The notes beneath the pieces are model-generated. The model was not told the origin of the DNA. It saw only the letters and a program-made list of their open reading frames with translations, and made no database searches. A stretch of DNA of 64,000 nt from Candidatus Latescibacterota bacterium (GTDB lineage Bacteria; Latescibacterota; UBA2968; GCA-2709665). Positions 1 through 9,942 of this stretch are shown here, piece by piece (within the stretch, counting starts at the first letter, position 1; each line of letters begins with the position of its first letter). The DNA lies in NCBI GenBank assembly GCA_963667175.2, contig CAXXXF010000015.1, positions 544,001 through 608,000 of the forward strand, written 5' to 3'. Both the position numbers and the translations under genes were made by a program.

Positions 1-995
1 GGTGGAGGGGCCGCATCAGAACCGTTCTGCTTTCCCGATGCGATGTCTCGGCTGCGACCGGCGTCCGCAGAGAGACCTACTTCCCGACAACGCGCATCCG
101 CAGCATCGCGAATTTCTTCGACAGCCGGCGATGGGTCTCTTCCGCGCGTGCAGGGGTTGATATCTCCCTGCCGGGGAAATCCGGAGTGTGGTCCCTGAGC
201 GCCGAACATCGGCACATCCGCAGTTCGTTTACGGGCGCCAATCCATTCGATTTTTCGCCCCTTGCGCCCGATTCGGCGAATACCCGCAATCTCACGAGCG
301 TGCGTACGGGTGTGCGACTGGATCTGACGTCCCGCCTTGCGTTCAAGGCCAATGCGGGGCGCGTATTCCGGATTCCCTCGTTCTTCGAGCTCTTCGGCGA
401 CCGCGGCGGTGTGGTGGGCAACGTCAATCTCCGGCCGGAACGCGGACTTGCGTTTGACGGGGGCCTGCGCTGGTCGGGCGGGACGACCTCGTTGGAGTTC
501 GCGGTTTTCGATCACCGCTATGAAGACCTGATCCAGTTTGTCCACACGTCGCAAGCCACCTCTCGGCCCGTCAACGTTGGCAGCGCCCGGGTGTACGGGA
601 TCGAAATATCCGCGCAAAGACGCCTCGGTCGCTACGTCAACCTCTCCGGAAATTACACGTGCCAGAATGCCAGAGACCAATCGGAAATTCCGTATCTGAA
701 GGGCAACGTACTGCCCAATCGTCCGCCCCACGCGCTGTTTGCCCGCGCGACGGCGCAACTGGGACGCTTTACCGCGACATATGACTACAGCCTGGAGGAC
801 GGGAGCTTTCTCGATCAGGCGAACCGGCGCCCTCTTTCGTCGCGCCACATTCACAACGCCGGCGTGAAGTTGAATACCGGGCGGCGGTTCCAAATCGGTC
901 TGGAGGCCAAGAACATATTCGGCGCCCAAATCGCCGATACATGGGGCTATCCGTTACCCGGGCGCGCGTTTTTCGTGAGCGTGAATACGGAATAG
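1..995 (+). CDS. TonB-dependent receptor, C-terminal part (BtuB-like), truncated by the window edge
   Basis: Frame is open from position 3 to the stop at 995. It has beta-barrel motifs FRIPSFFELF, NLRPE and the C-terminal YPLPGRAFFVSV, and lies upstream of cobamide salvage genes. Confidence 0.85.
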   Translation, partial: WRGRIRTVLLSRCDVSAATGVRRETYFPTTRIRSIANFFDSRRWVSSARAGVDISLPGKSGVWSLSAEHRHIRSSFTGANPFDFSPLAPDSANTRNLTSVRTGVRLDLTSRLAFKANAGRVFRIPSFFELFGDRGGVVGNVNLRPERGLAFDGGLRWSGGTTSLEFAVFDHRYEDLIQFVHTSQATSRPVNVGSARVYGIEISAQRRLGRYVNLSGNYTCQNARDQSEIPYLKGNVLPNRPPHALFARATAQLGRFTATYDYSLEDGSFLDQANRRPLSSRHIHNAGVKLNTGRRFQIGLEAKNIFGAQIADTWGYPLPGRAFFVSVNTE

Positions 996-1115
996 GGATC
1001 CGGCGAGCGCAGGACCGGAAGGCGCATCCCCCACTATTCGTCCGAAGCGCTCTTGATTCGTGAAAGATGAGGCCAAGGTAGCAGTTCTTTACACATTTCC
1101 CGACGGGAGGTTTGA

Positions 1116-2357
1116 ATGAGGTGGTTTCTGCTGATTCTGTTTCTGGCAACCGATGCACTGGCAAACCAGGCGGTGATGACGACGACGGATTACGCCACGG
1201 GTGGACTTTCGAGCCTGGATCTCGGTACAAATACGGCTGTAAACGACCATCTGACGATTCATTCGGACGCGGTGGTTCGCACGTATCGAGACAAGGTGTA
1301 TATACTCAACCGCCTTGGGCAGGATAACGTCATTGTTCTGGATGGAGACGATCTGCAGACGCCACAGACGCAGTATTCCACGGGAAACGGCACGAATCCC
1401 CACGACATCGCCTTTGTCAGCGAGGAGAAGGCGTATATTTCCCGATATGGCCGAACCCATCTCCTCGTCGTCAATCCCGTCACGGGCGATTCGCTGGGTA
1501 CGGTCGATCTTTCGACGTTCGCGGATGCCGACGGCCTGCCCGAAACTTCCCAACTCGCCGTACACGGGGGCCATCTGTTCGCGGCCTGTCATCGGCTGGA
1601 CCGGGAGAACGGATGGGCGCCGACGGAATTTTCGGCGATTGCCGTTGTCGACGTGACGACTGATGAATTGGTGGATGCGGACCCGGACACAGAAGGTACG
1701 CAAGGAATTGTCATGACCGGCAGCAATCCCTCAGGGGCCGCGCTGCGAGGCGGCAAGTGGTACTTGAGCGCCGTCAATTCGTACACCGATTTGACCGACG
1801 GCGGCATCGAGGTGATCGATCTGGCAAATTTACGGAGCGAAGGAATCATGCTCGATGAGACGACCGCGGGCGGCAATCCGGGTTCCCTGGTGATGACTTC
1901 CGATCGCGACGGCTATGCCGTCATTACCGACGAGTATTTCGTAAATACCGTCAAACGCCTGGATCTGGCGACGCAGTCGGTGTCCCCGGGCCTGGAGGGC
2001 CTCTCTGGCGGATCTGTGCCCGGTCTTGGCCTGTTCGGCACGCGGCTATTTGTTCTGGATCAGGGGAGTTTCGGCGATCCGGCCTCCGCCGGCGTGAAAA
2101 TCTATGACGTGAATTCGGACGACCTTCTGGCCGGTCCGATCGGCACGGGTTTGCCGCCGTCGAGCATTGCGTTCCTGGGCAGAGTGGCGGATTTCAATGG
2201 CGACTACGTGGTGGACTTCAACGATTTTGTGGCATTCGCCTCCATGTTCGGCAGGACAGCCGGCGACGATGATTTCGAAACCAGGTTCGACCTGAATGGA
2301 AACGGTGAGATCGATTTTCAGGACTTCCTCATCTTCGCATCGGAATTCGGGCGTTGA
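1116..2357 (+). CDS. Secreted YncE/BtuG-like beta-propeller protein with C-terminal dockerin/EF-hand-like domain
   Basis: Signal peptide MRWFLLILFLATDALA; propeller repeats (NPHDIAFVSEEKAYIS); C-terminal DFNGDYVVDFNDF...DLNGNGEIDFQDF Ca-binding pair; RBS GGAGG upstream. Confidence 0.75.
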   Translation: MRWFLLILFLATDALANQAVMTTTDYATGGLSSLDLGTNTAVNDHLTIHSDAVVRTYRDKVYILNRLGQDNVIVLDGDDLQTPQTQYSTGNGTNPHDIAFVSEEKAYISRYGRTHLLVVNPVTGDSLGTVDLSTFADADGLPETSQLAVHGGHLFAACHRLDRENGWAPTEFSAIAVVDVTTDELVDADPDTEGTQGIVMTGSNPSGAALRGGKWYLSAVNSYTDLTDGGIEVIDLANLRSEGIMLDETTAGGNPGSLVMTSDRDGYAVITDEYFVNTVKRLDLATQSVSPGLEGLSGGSVPGLGLFGTRLFVLDQGSFGDPASAGVKIYDVNSDDLLAGPIGTGLPPSSIAFLGRVADFNGDYVVDFNDFVAFASMFGRTAGDDDFETRFDLNGNGEIDFQDFLIFASEFGR

Positions 2358-2750
2358 GCAAGTCACCTACCCCCAATTCCCCGTCCCCGCGGGGAGACGT
2401 AAGACGTGAGACGGGAGATGACATCCTTGCCCGATTAATGCCTCCGGCACGAAACGAAACCGAACGGGGCGGACAATCTCTCACGTCTCACGTCTACCCT
2501 CTCACCGCTTTTGAGGGGCCGGGGGGAGAGGTCTGCGCCCGTTACGGCGCTGACGTCAATGGGTTTGCCTCTTGCTGTTTGGTTTTTGATTCAAGCTGAC
2601 TACTGATTGCTGTTTGTTTTTCGCTGTTGCCTCAAGCTGATTGCTGATCACTGAAGGCTGAAAGCCCTTCTTTCCCTTTGTGTCTTTGTGTCTCCGTGTG
2701 AGCAGATTTTGATTCAAGCTGAACGCCGAGCGCTGATAGCTAACGACTGC
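2357..2750. repeat. Composite intergenic repeat (GACGTGA/GCTGATW heptamer arms, CCCCCCGG/GGAGAGG hairpin, CTTTGTGTCTTTGTGTCTCCGTGTGAG module)
   Basis: The same modules recur at 24940-25120, 33460-33990 (inverted) and 49925-50135. Confidence 0.7.
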
Positions 2751-2752
2751 CT

Positions 2753-3877
2753 ATGGATGAATATCTCGATCGCCATGAACACTACGATCTGACGCGCGAC
2801 GGCCGTTTTCTGATCGCCGAGCTGCGTACGCCCCACAGGGTGCTGAGTACGTCGGCGCATCGCGGCGGCATGTGCACGGGCATCCGATATCTCGTGAATC
2901 ACCAGAGTTGCGAGGGTACGGGCCACGATGCGCGATTCGCGTTGATCAGGAAACTCGGCCAGGCGGGCTATCACCGCCACGTCTGCGCGGAACGCGGCCT
3001 GCCCCCCAATGAGGTCGCGGTGATGGGTACGGCTGCGAACATGAACTGCGCGGCGCACGTCGTGAAGACCCATGCCGAATTGCGCGTGTGCGCGGTGGTG
3101 ACCGCGGGCGTGGAGGGCAACGCGGGATGTGCGGGCGATCCGGCAACCTGGCATGAAGAGGATGAAAAATGGATCGAAACGCATCCGCACGCGGGTACGA
3201 TCAACACCATGGTTCTCATCAACTGGCCGCTCACACGGGGCGCGATGGCCCGGGCGGCAGTCACGATGACCGAGGGCAAGTCTGCCGCGCTGCGCGATCT
3301 CGCCGTGTCGAGTCGGTATTCTCGCGATCTCGCGACGGGAACCGGTACCGATCAGTATTGTATTGCCGCGCCATTGGACGAAGCGAAAAAGCCGAAGGCC
3401 AACGCCGGCCATCACGCGAAGTTGGGCGAGTTGATCGGAGCGGCGGTCCGAAAAACCACACGCGAAGCGCTGCGATGGCAGAACGGTCTCGAGCCATCCC
3501 AAACGAGATGCCTTTTCCATGTGCTGAAGCGGTTCGGGTTTCGTCGCGACCGGTTCCTTGCGGCGATGGATATCCGACTGACGGATGCCGATTGCGCCCT
3601 GCTGGAGAAAAACCTCAAGTCCGTTGTGTATGAACCGCGCGTCTCGGCGGCGGCCTATGCGTTTGCGGCGGTCTGGGACCGCGTCCGATGCGGCGCGATT
3701 CCTTATTCGCTGGCCGAACCGGTATTCCGGCAGCAGGCAGCGACTTTGGCGTCCTCGCTCTCGGCGAGACCGGGGGAGTGGCCGGCCTGCTACGAGCAGC
3801 TCAGGACCAACGAAGACAATCTCCTGGAACTCGTCTATGATGCGCTTGCGCTGGGTTGGCGTCTGAAATGGACCTGA
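2753..3877 (+). CDS. cbiZ: Adenosylcobinamide amidohydrolase
   Basis: Motifs VLSTS..RGG, MGTAANM, VTAGVEGNA, GTINTMV, TEGKSAAL, ATGTGTDQ; overlaps cbiB. Confidence 0.9.
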   Translation: MDEYLDRHEHYDLTRDGRFLIAELRTPHRVLSTSAHRGGMCTGIRYLVNHQSCEGTGHDARFALIRKLGQAGYHRHVCAERGLPPNEVAVMGTAANMNCAAHVVKTHAELRVCAVVTAGVEGNAGCAGDPATWHEEDEKWIETHPHAGTINTMVLINWPLTRGAMARAAVTMTEGKSAALRDLAVSSRYSRDLATGTGTDQYCIAAPLDEAKKPKANAGHHAKLGELIGAAVRKTTREALRWQNGLEPSQTRCLFHVLKRFGFRRDRFLAAMDIRLTDADCALLEKNLKSVVYEPRVSAAAYAFAAVWDRVRCGAIPYSLAEPVFRQQAATLASSLSARPGEWPACYEQLRTNEDNLLELVYDALALGWRLKWT

Positions 3878-4848
3878 CCCTGCTGGACCCGGACCCGATC
3901 CTGCTCATCGGCGCTGTCCTTCTGGATGGCCTGTTCGGCGATCCGGTCTATGCCTGTCACCCGATTCGCCTGATCGGCGGCACGCTATCCGTATTCGAAC
4001 GGTTTCTGCGCCGTCTACGCCTGGACGGTTACGCCGGCGGGTGTCTTCTGATGCTGGCGCTTTCCGCGTTCTGGATGGGCGCCGTCTGCGGATTGGCAAT
4101 CGTGTTGAATCACGTTCATTCCTCGGTCGGCTGGGTTTTCCAGTTATATATTATATATAGTATGATCGCTCTCAAGGACCTGTGCAAGCACGGGTTGGCC
4201 ATCGATCGCGCCGCCAATCCGGACGACGGCCGGAGGGCTGTCTCCCAACTCGTTGGGCGCGATACCGATACAATGGACGCTACGGCCTGCCGGCGAGCCG
4301 GCATGGAGAGTTTGAGCGAGAACGCCGTAGACGGGTTCATTTCGCCCCTGTTCTGGTATACTGTATTTGGTATTCCCGGGATTGTGTTCTTCAAGGTGAT
4401 CAGCACCATGGACTCCATGGTGGGTTTCAAAACCCCGCGATACCGCGCTTTTGGGTGGTGCGGCGCCCGGCTGGACGACGTGCTCAATTACCTGCCTGCG
4501 AGATTGACTTATCTCTGGATGGTGCTGGTCGCGTTATTCCTGCCCGGGTGTTCCGCCCGCAAGGCGATGCTTTTCGGCTGGCGGCAGCACGGGCTTGTTC
4601 CGGGACCCAATGCCGGATGGAGTGAAGCGACGGCCGCGGGTGCGTTGCAGCGCCGGCTGGTTGGCCCCGTCCGGCAGGATGGAACACTGATTACAGAGCT
4701 GTGGCTGGGCGCTGAATCCGATCCCGAAGGCGGCCAACCCGGGGATATGCGCCGCGCGTGCGCATTTGTCATTGGCGCCTGTGTGCTCGCAACGTGTCTG
4801 GCGGGCGCTTATCTCTTCGTTTTGCGCCCGCACGTATTGACTTTCTGA
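3868..4848 (+). CDS. cbiB: Adenosylcobinamide-phosphate synthase CbiB/CobD
   Basis: Motifs DGLFGDP..HPIRLIG, VGRDT, ESLSENAVDG, STMDSMVGFK, ARLDDVLNYLPARLT, PNAGWSEA. Start placed at the ATG overlapping the end of cbiZ. Confidence 0.92.
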   Translation: MDLTLLDPDPILLIGAVLLDGLFGDPVYACHPIRLIGGTLSVFERFLRRLRLDGYAGGCLLMLALSAFWMGAVCGLAIVLNHVHSSVGWVFQLYIIYSMIALKDLCKHGLAIDRAANPDDGRRAVSQLVGRDTDTMDATACRRAGMESLSENAVDGFISPLFWYTVFGIPGIVFFKVISTMDSMVGFKTPRYRAFGWCGARLDDVLNYLPARLTYLWMVLVALFLPGCSARKAMLFGWRQHGLVPGPNAGWSEATAAGALQRRLVGPVRQDGTLITELWLGAESDPEGGQPGDMRRACAFVIGACVLATCLAGAYLFVLRPHVLTF

Positions 4849-4914
4849 TATCCCGCCGTTATCTTCATCTGCCACACTCAACCGATCTAATCAGCATGTT
4901 ACCAGGAGCGGGCG

Positions 4915-6504
4915 ATGATGAAATCTCTACTTGCCGGCTTGACTCTGGCGGCGACCTGCATGTGTCTGAATCCTGCCTTTGCACAGGACAACAGGACGAC
5001 GGCAGGTGACGTGGTGGACCGTGAGACCCTGATGGCCTTTGTGGAAGGAGCAAAGGACTCCCTCGATGGCGCCGCCGACTTCGCCGCGGTCGGGCGATTG
5101 ATAGAGGCGTTCAGGACCGAAGGCGACTGGAAGGCCGGGCGGGTCTATCTCGTCATTCTGACCGGCGAGGGACTCGTGCAGTTTCACGCGGCGGACGTTA
5201 CGTTCGAAGACAAGAACGTACTTGATCTCGAAGATGACAGGGGCAATGGGATCGTCCGGGACATGCTCGCCGCTGCCGCTGAAGACGGCGGGTTTGTCGA
5301 GTACTATTGGGACGACCCGACCGTGGAGGACGACGATTTACCCACGCTGACCTACTCGGTTCCTGTTACCATACGCGGGCAGGAATTCGTCCTTGTCGGC
5401 GGTTTTCACATGGACCTGTCGGACGTCGATGCCGAGCCGAACATCTTTGAACTGCTGGAGGTAACCGCCCGGGACGTAAAGGACAGGGCATCCCTCAGGG
5501 CGTTTGTGGAGGGCCTGCGGGTACTCGTTCCCGTCATCGAAGAAAAGGGATATCCCTACCTGGCAACCGTGCAGTCCGCCATCAGGACCGAGGGGGAGGA
5601 TTTCAAACACGGTTCGATATACATCTTTGTGATCAACACGTCGGGCATACTGATCTTTCACGGCACGGCGGACCCCAGTTCTTTCGGCGAGAACATGATC
5701 GACGTGGAGGACGTTAACGGAGTCAAAATCGTCCGCGAAATTATCGCGACGGCCGAAGCCGGCGGCGGGTTTGTGAAATACTACTGGGACAATCCGGCGG
5801 TCATCGGAGACGAGGACACCAAGTCGCCCAAGCTCAGCTACGTGATCCCGATTCACGTTTTCGGTCAGACGTTTGTCGTAGGCGCGGGCATCTATCTGGA
5901 GAGCGATATCGCCTTCGAAGAGGTCGCGCAGGTGGATGTACAGGTCGTCGGCGATGGCGACCCGGGCGGTCTTACAGTGGAAGTTTCGCGATCGATTTCC
6001 GGACGCGCGCCCGTCTATGCGTGGCGCAAGACGACCGATGAGACGGGGCGCGCCGTGGTGAGAGTCACGCCGGACGAACAGCGCCGCGTCAACGGCATGT
6101 ACCGGGCGCGGGTGCGCACGTCCGATGGCGCGACCGTCGCAAGCTGGAGCAGCATTCCCCTGATGCCCGGAAGGCGCGTGACCTATGAGGTCAATCTGAA
6201 TGGCGACGTACGTGCCGTCAGGACGATCGCGGCATCATTGGGACCGAACCGGCCGAATCCGTTCAACCCTTCGACCTCCATTCGCTATTCGCTTGACGAA
6301 ACGGTGGACGTGAAACTGGCGATCTACAACCTGCTGGGCCAGGAGGTCCGCCTGCTGGTTCGACAGTTCCAGCCGGCGGGAAGCTATATGGTCTCGTGGG
6401 ACGGTCGGGACGCCGTCGGAAGGCAGGTGAGTACAGGTCTGTACCTGTATCGGCTTCAGGCCGGGGCGGACGTTGTCACGCGCAAGATGGTGCTGGCGAA
6501 ATAG
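4915..6504 (+). CDS. Secreted protein with two single-Cache domains and a C-terminal FlgD-Ig/T9SS-sorting-like domain
   Basis: Signal peptide; two repeats of GG(G)FV(E/K)YYWD(D/N)P...YSVP/YVIP...VGGF/VGAG; tail PNPFNPSTSIRY...IYNLLGQEVRLLV...WDGRD..G..VSTGLYLYRL. Confidence 0.8.
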   Translation: MMKSLLAGLTLAATCMCLNPAFAQDNRTTAGDVVDRETLMAFVEGAKDSLDGAADFAAVGRLIEAFRTEGDWKAGRVYLVILTGEGLVQFHAADVTFEDKNVLDLEDDRGNGIVRDMLAAAAEDGGFVEYYWDDPTVEDDDLPTLTYSVPVTIRGQEFVLVGGFHMDLSDVDAEPNIFELLEVTARDVKDRASLRAFVEGLRVLVPVIEEKGYPYLATVQSAIRTEGEDFKHGSIYIFVINTSGILIFHGTADPSSFGENMIDVEDVNGVKIVREIIATAEAGGGFVKYYWDNPAVIGDEDTKSPKLSYVIPIHVFGQTFVVGAGIYLESDIAFEEVAQVDVQVVGDGDPGGLTVEVSRSISGRAPVYAWRKTTDETGRAVVRVTPDEQRRVNGMYRARVRTSDGATVASWSSIPLMPGRRVTYEVNLNGDVRAVRTIAASLGPNRPNPFNPSTSIRYSLDETVDVKLAIYNLLGQEVRLLVRQFQPAGSYMVSWDGRDAVGRQVSTGLYLYRLQAGADVVTRKMVLAK

Positions 6505-6649
6505 CTGCCACGCGCGAATTTGCGAGATATTGACTTTCCAGAGTCGGTCCGCTTCTGAGGAGGGGCAGGAGGAAGCGAGGGAAGACATAATAAGAATGCC
6601 CGCCAATCTGATTTACTGGCAGGCCTTTGACAATGTTAAGCGCAGCGGA

Positions 6650-6892
6650 CTATTGCTTTGCGTTGTTGATCCTTTCTTCGTTTTTGGCGATGCGTTCTCC
6701 GAACGAATCCAGACGTTCGTCGATACGCTTGATGTCTTGCCTTAGTTCTCGAATATCGGCTTTTAATTCTGTTCGTAAATCTTGAATGTTGGCTATGAGA
6801 CTGAACATCGTGAGAAGAATAGCCGCAAGCGCAACAAGATTGGGCGTATTTACCTTGAGTATATCACCCCATGAGATGGTTTTCCCGTTCAT
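6650..6892 (-). CDS. Small membrane-anchored coiled-coil protein (80 aa)
   Basis: GGAGG RBS; one hydrophobic helix followed by heptads LRTELKADIRELRQDIKRIDERLD. Confidence 0.65.
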   Translation of the reverse strand: MNGKTISWGDILKVNTPNLVALAAILLTMFSLIANIQDLRTELKADIRELRQDIKRIDERLDSFGERIAKNEERINNAKQ

Positions 6893-7042
6893 TGTGTACC
6901 TCCAATCTGTTCGAAAGAAAAGTACGTCAATCAGTTACATTTTGTCAAGCGGAAATATTGAAATACAGACGCTGTCGCACCGAGGGGATTACTACGGGAG
7001 AGAACGAATTGGAAGAGCGGAAGAAAGTGTCGGCGGTAGAGG

Positions 7043-7289
7043 TTGTGGAAATTGCGGACAACCTGCCCAAATATAACTCTTGCCTACAATTCCCTTAAAT
7101 CAAGACGGGTTTCGCGAATACGGAAGGAAAGGCGCGACCCGTTTTTTTGTGCACGCGGATGGGAGAATGACAACCGTCCACCTCCACGGCATGAATCAGA
7201 CCTTTGCGGTGGGTACCCTGAAGTCAATCGTCGAGCGTCAGGCTCTGTGGGAAGAGATCGATCTTGAGCGTCTTGGGCTATTGAAGTAA
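7043..7289 (+). pseudogene. hicA: HicA-family toxin, probably frameshifted/degenerate
   Basis: DGFREYGRKGATRFFVHADGRMTTVHLH...TFAVGTLKSIV...W...DLERLGLLK fits the HicA pattern, but the G-S-H catalytic motif reads GAT and the N-terminus appears to be in another frame. Confidence 0.55.
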
Positions 7290-7316
7290 GGTTCTTGATT
7301 CTTGCGGAGAAACAAT

Positions 7317-8363
7317 GTGATTGAGGTGATTCTGACGGCGCGAGACCTCTCCATCGGTTACAAACGCGGTCGAGGGACCCCTCGCGTTGTGGCTCGCAAT
7401 TTCGACGTTTCGCTCGATGCCGGCGATTTTGTGTGTCTGCTTGGCCCCAATGGCGCGGGGAAATCCACGCTCCTGCGCACGCTGGCCGGGATGCAGCCGC
7501 CGCTGAACGGGCACGTACATATCGCAGGAAGAGATATCGCGGAGATGTCCGCGACGGAAGTCGCCCAGGTGCTCAGCGTGGTGCTCACGGACCGCGTCAG
7601 CGTCGGTACTATGACGGTGCGCGACCTGGTGGGCCTGGGACGGCATCCGCATACCGATTGGATCGGACGCTTTGCTACCGAAGATGAACAGGCTGTATCC
7701 TGGGCGATCCGGGCGGCGCGGGCTGAAGACCTGGAACACCGCAACGTGGCCGAACTGAGCGATGGCGAGCGCCAGAGGGTGATGATTGCGCGGGCGCTGG
7801 CGCAGCAGCCCGACCTGATGATTCTGGACGAACCCACGGCCTTTCTCGATCTGCCCCGGCGAATTGAAATCATGGCGCTGTTGCGGGGCCTCGCTCATAC
7901 GACCCGGAAAGCGATCCTCCTCTCCACGCACGATCTGGACCTGGCGCTGCGGTGTGCAGACCGGATCTATCTCCTGCCGTCAGAAGGCGCATTGCAGACC
8001 GGCGCGCCCGAGGACCTGGTCCTGAATGGGGCCTTTGAAGGCGCGTTCGGCAGCGACGGCGTGCGCTTCAACGCCGACACGGGCGCGTTCAGGATGACGC
8101 CGGAGACCGGCCGCGCCACGGTCGCCTTGACGGGACGGGGACGGCGGGCGTATTGGACAAAGCGGGCGCTGGAACGCGCCGGGTTCCGGGTGGATGACGT
8201 GGAATCCGTGTGCCGCGTCGACGTCGTCGACGGAACAAACGGCTCGTGGCGTTTCGAACGTGGCGAATCAACCCGGATCTTCCATTCCATTTACGACTTG
8301 ATTTCAGCACTTAAAGTCGAAATTGGAATAGATACCGCAGCGCAATCGGGAATTACGGGATGA
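7317..8363 (+). CDS. ABC transporter ATP-binding protein (FepC/BtuD family)
   Basis: Walker A GPNGAGKST, signature LSDGERQR, Walker B ILDEPT, H-loop STHD. Confidence 0.92.
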   Translation: MIEVILTARDLSIGYKRGRGTPRVVARNFDVSLDAGDFVCLLGPNGAGKSTLLRTLAGMQPPLNGHVHIAGRDIAEMSATEVAQVLSVVLTDRVSVGTMTVRDLVGLGRHPHTDWIGRFATEDEQAVSWAIRAARAEDLEHRNVAELSDGERQRVMIARALAQQPDLMILDEPTAFLDLPRRIEIMALLRGLAHTTRKAILLSTHDLDLALRCADRIYLLPSEGALQTGAPEDLVLNGAFEGAFGSDGVRFNADTGAFRMTPETGRATVALTGRGRRAYWTKRALERAGFRVDDVESVCRVDVVDGTNGSWRFERGESTRIFHSIYDLISALKVEIGIDTAAQSGITG

Positions 8364-9427
8364 AATCGGCTTCTGAAGTTGAAGCGCGGGGCGGACCGCG
8401 GCGCGCGATGATCTTACCGGGACTGTTTCTGCTGCTTCTGGTCGCGTTCGGCCTGAGCCTCTCGCTCGGGTCGGTCCGCATTCCTCTGTCCGGACTGTTC
8501 GACATACTGATGGGCGGCGAGCCCGCCTCTCCGGCATGGTCGATCATCATTCACACCATTCGATTGCCGAAGGCGATCACCGGCGTGCTGGCCGGCGCCG
8601 CCCTGGCGGTCAGCGGACTGCAGATGCAGACGTTGTTTCGCAATCCGCTGGCCGATCCGTTTGTGCTTGGCATCAGCGCGGGCGCCAGTCTGGGCGTGGC
8701 CATCGTGGTGTTGGCGGCGGGCGCCGTTGGCAGCGCGCTGATCGCCGGCCTGGGCTTCCTGGGCGACCTCGGCCTGGCTGTTGCTGCGATTCTGGGCGCC
8801 GCCGCGGTGCTGGGGGGTGTGCTGCTGGTTTCCCGCAGCGTGAGCAGTGTGATGACGCTGCTCATCCTGGGCCTGATGTTCGGATACGCGACCGCCGCGT
8901 TCGTCAGCATTCTGATCTACTTCAGCGTGCCCGAACAGATCCAGTCGTACATCCTTTGGACGTTCGGCAGTTTCGGCGGCGTGACGTGGCGCCAGGTCCC
9001 CGTGCTCGCCGGCGCCATACTGCTCGGGCTCTTGCTGGCGTTGCTGTGCATCAAGCCTCTCAATGCGTTGTTGCTGGGCGAAAACTACGCCCGAAGTATG
9101 GGCCTGAACGTGAAACGCGCGCGCCTGTGGATCCTTGTGAGTGCGTCGGTTCTCGCGGGCGCCACCACCGCCTTTTGCGGCCCCATCGCCTTCCTGGGCC
9201 TGGCGGTGCCGCACCTATGCCGAAGCCTGCTGCACACGTCGGACCACCGCGTGCTCATGCCCGCCGTCATCTGCCTTGGCGCAACCCTCGCGCTGCTGTC
9301 CGATCTTTTCGCGCACCTGCCGGGCAGTCAATACGTGCTGCCGCTCAATGCGGTGACCTCCCTCATCGGGGCGCCCGTCGTCATCTGGTTCATCCTGCAC
9401 CGGAAGAACCTTAACCGGACGTTTTGA
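8360..9427 (+). CDS. FecCD/BtuC-family ABC permease
   Basis: Motifs IRLPKA, QTLFRNPLADPFVLGISAGA, LLLGENYARSMG, GPIAFLGLAVPH. Confidence 0.92.
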   Translation: MKSASEVEARGGPRRAMILPGLFLLLLVAFGLSLSLGSVRIPLSGLFDILMGGEPASPAWSIIIHTIRLPKAITGVLAGAALAVSGLQMQTLFRNPLADPFVLGISAGASLGVAIVVLAAGAVGSALIAGLGFLGDLGLAVAAILGAAAVLGGVLLVSRSVSSVMTLLILGLMFGYATAAFVSILIYFSVPEQIQSYILWTFGSFGGVTWRQVPVLAGAILLGLLLALLCIKPLNALLLGENYARSMGLNVKRARLWILVSASVLAGATTAFCGPIAFLGLAVPHLCRSLLHTSDHRVLMPAVICLGATLALLSDLFAHLPGSQYVLPLNAVTSLIGAPVVIWFILHRKNLNRTF

Positions 9428-9942
9428 AATCAACAGGCGGGAAGAAACATGGATGGACCTGCCTGCTGAAGCAGGCGAGGCAGGCAGGATGGGCAGGATA
9501 AAGACGAAAAGGCGCGACAAAGGCACGAGAAAACGAGGAAAAACGAATCGCGCGACAAAGGCACGAGAAAACGAACATCAGAAACTACGAAACACGCGAA
9601 AGAAACGAAAAATCCGAGGCTGAAGTCAGTTGCCACAAGAGGCCTGCCCGCAGCACAGGGCACTGCGCAGGCAGGCGCATAACCACAGTGTTGCACGTCA
9701 GCCTGACACACCAACACGACGACGGCCGACTCGACATTGGACGGATCAGGGTTTTCGTTAAATTCTCCACTCATGTTATTGAAAATCAACCGATTATACG
9801 AAAAAGTCACCGGTTTTCGTGAGTAATCCAGAATACGCTGTGCAATGCGGTTTTTTGTGATTAGGCATTGTCTGGTGCGGCATGCGCGGAAGCGGTAGTA
9901 CCTTGACTTTTGATCTTGATTTTGGCATTATTGTGACGTCGT

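Noticed and set aside
996-2752. Cobalamin riboswitch in the B12 cluster intergenic regions
   Set aside because: No recognisable B12-box; the DNA at 2357-2750 matches dispersed composite repeats instead.
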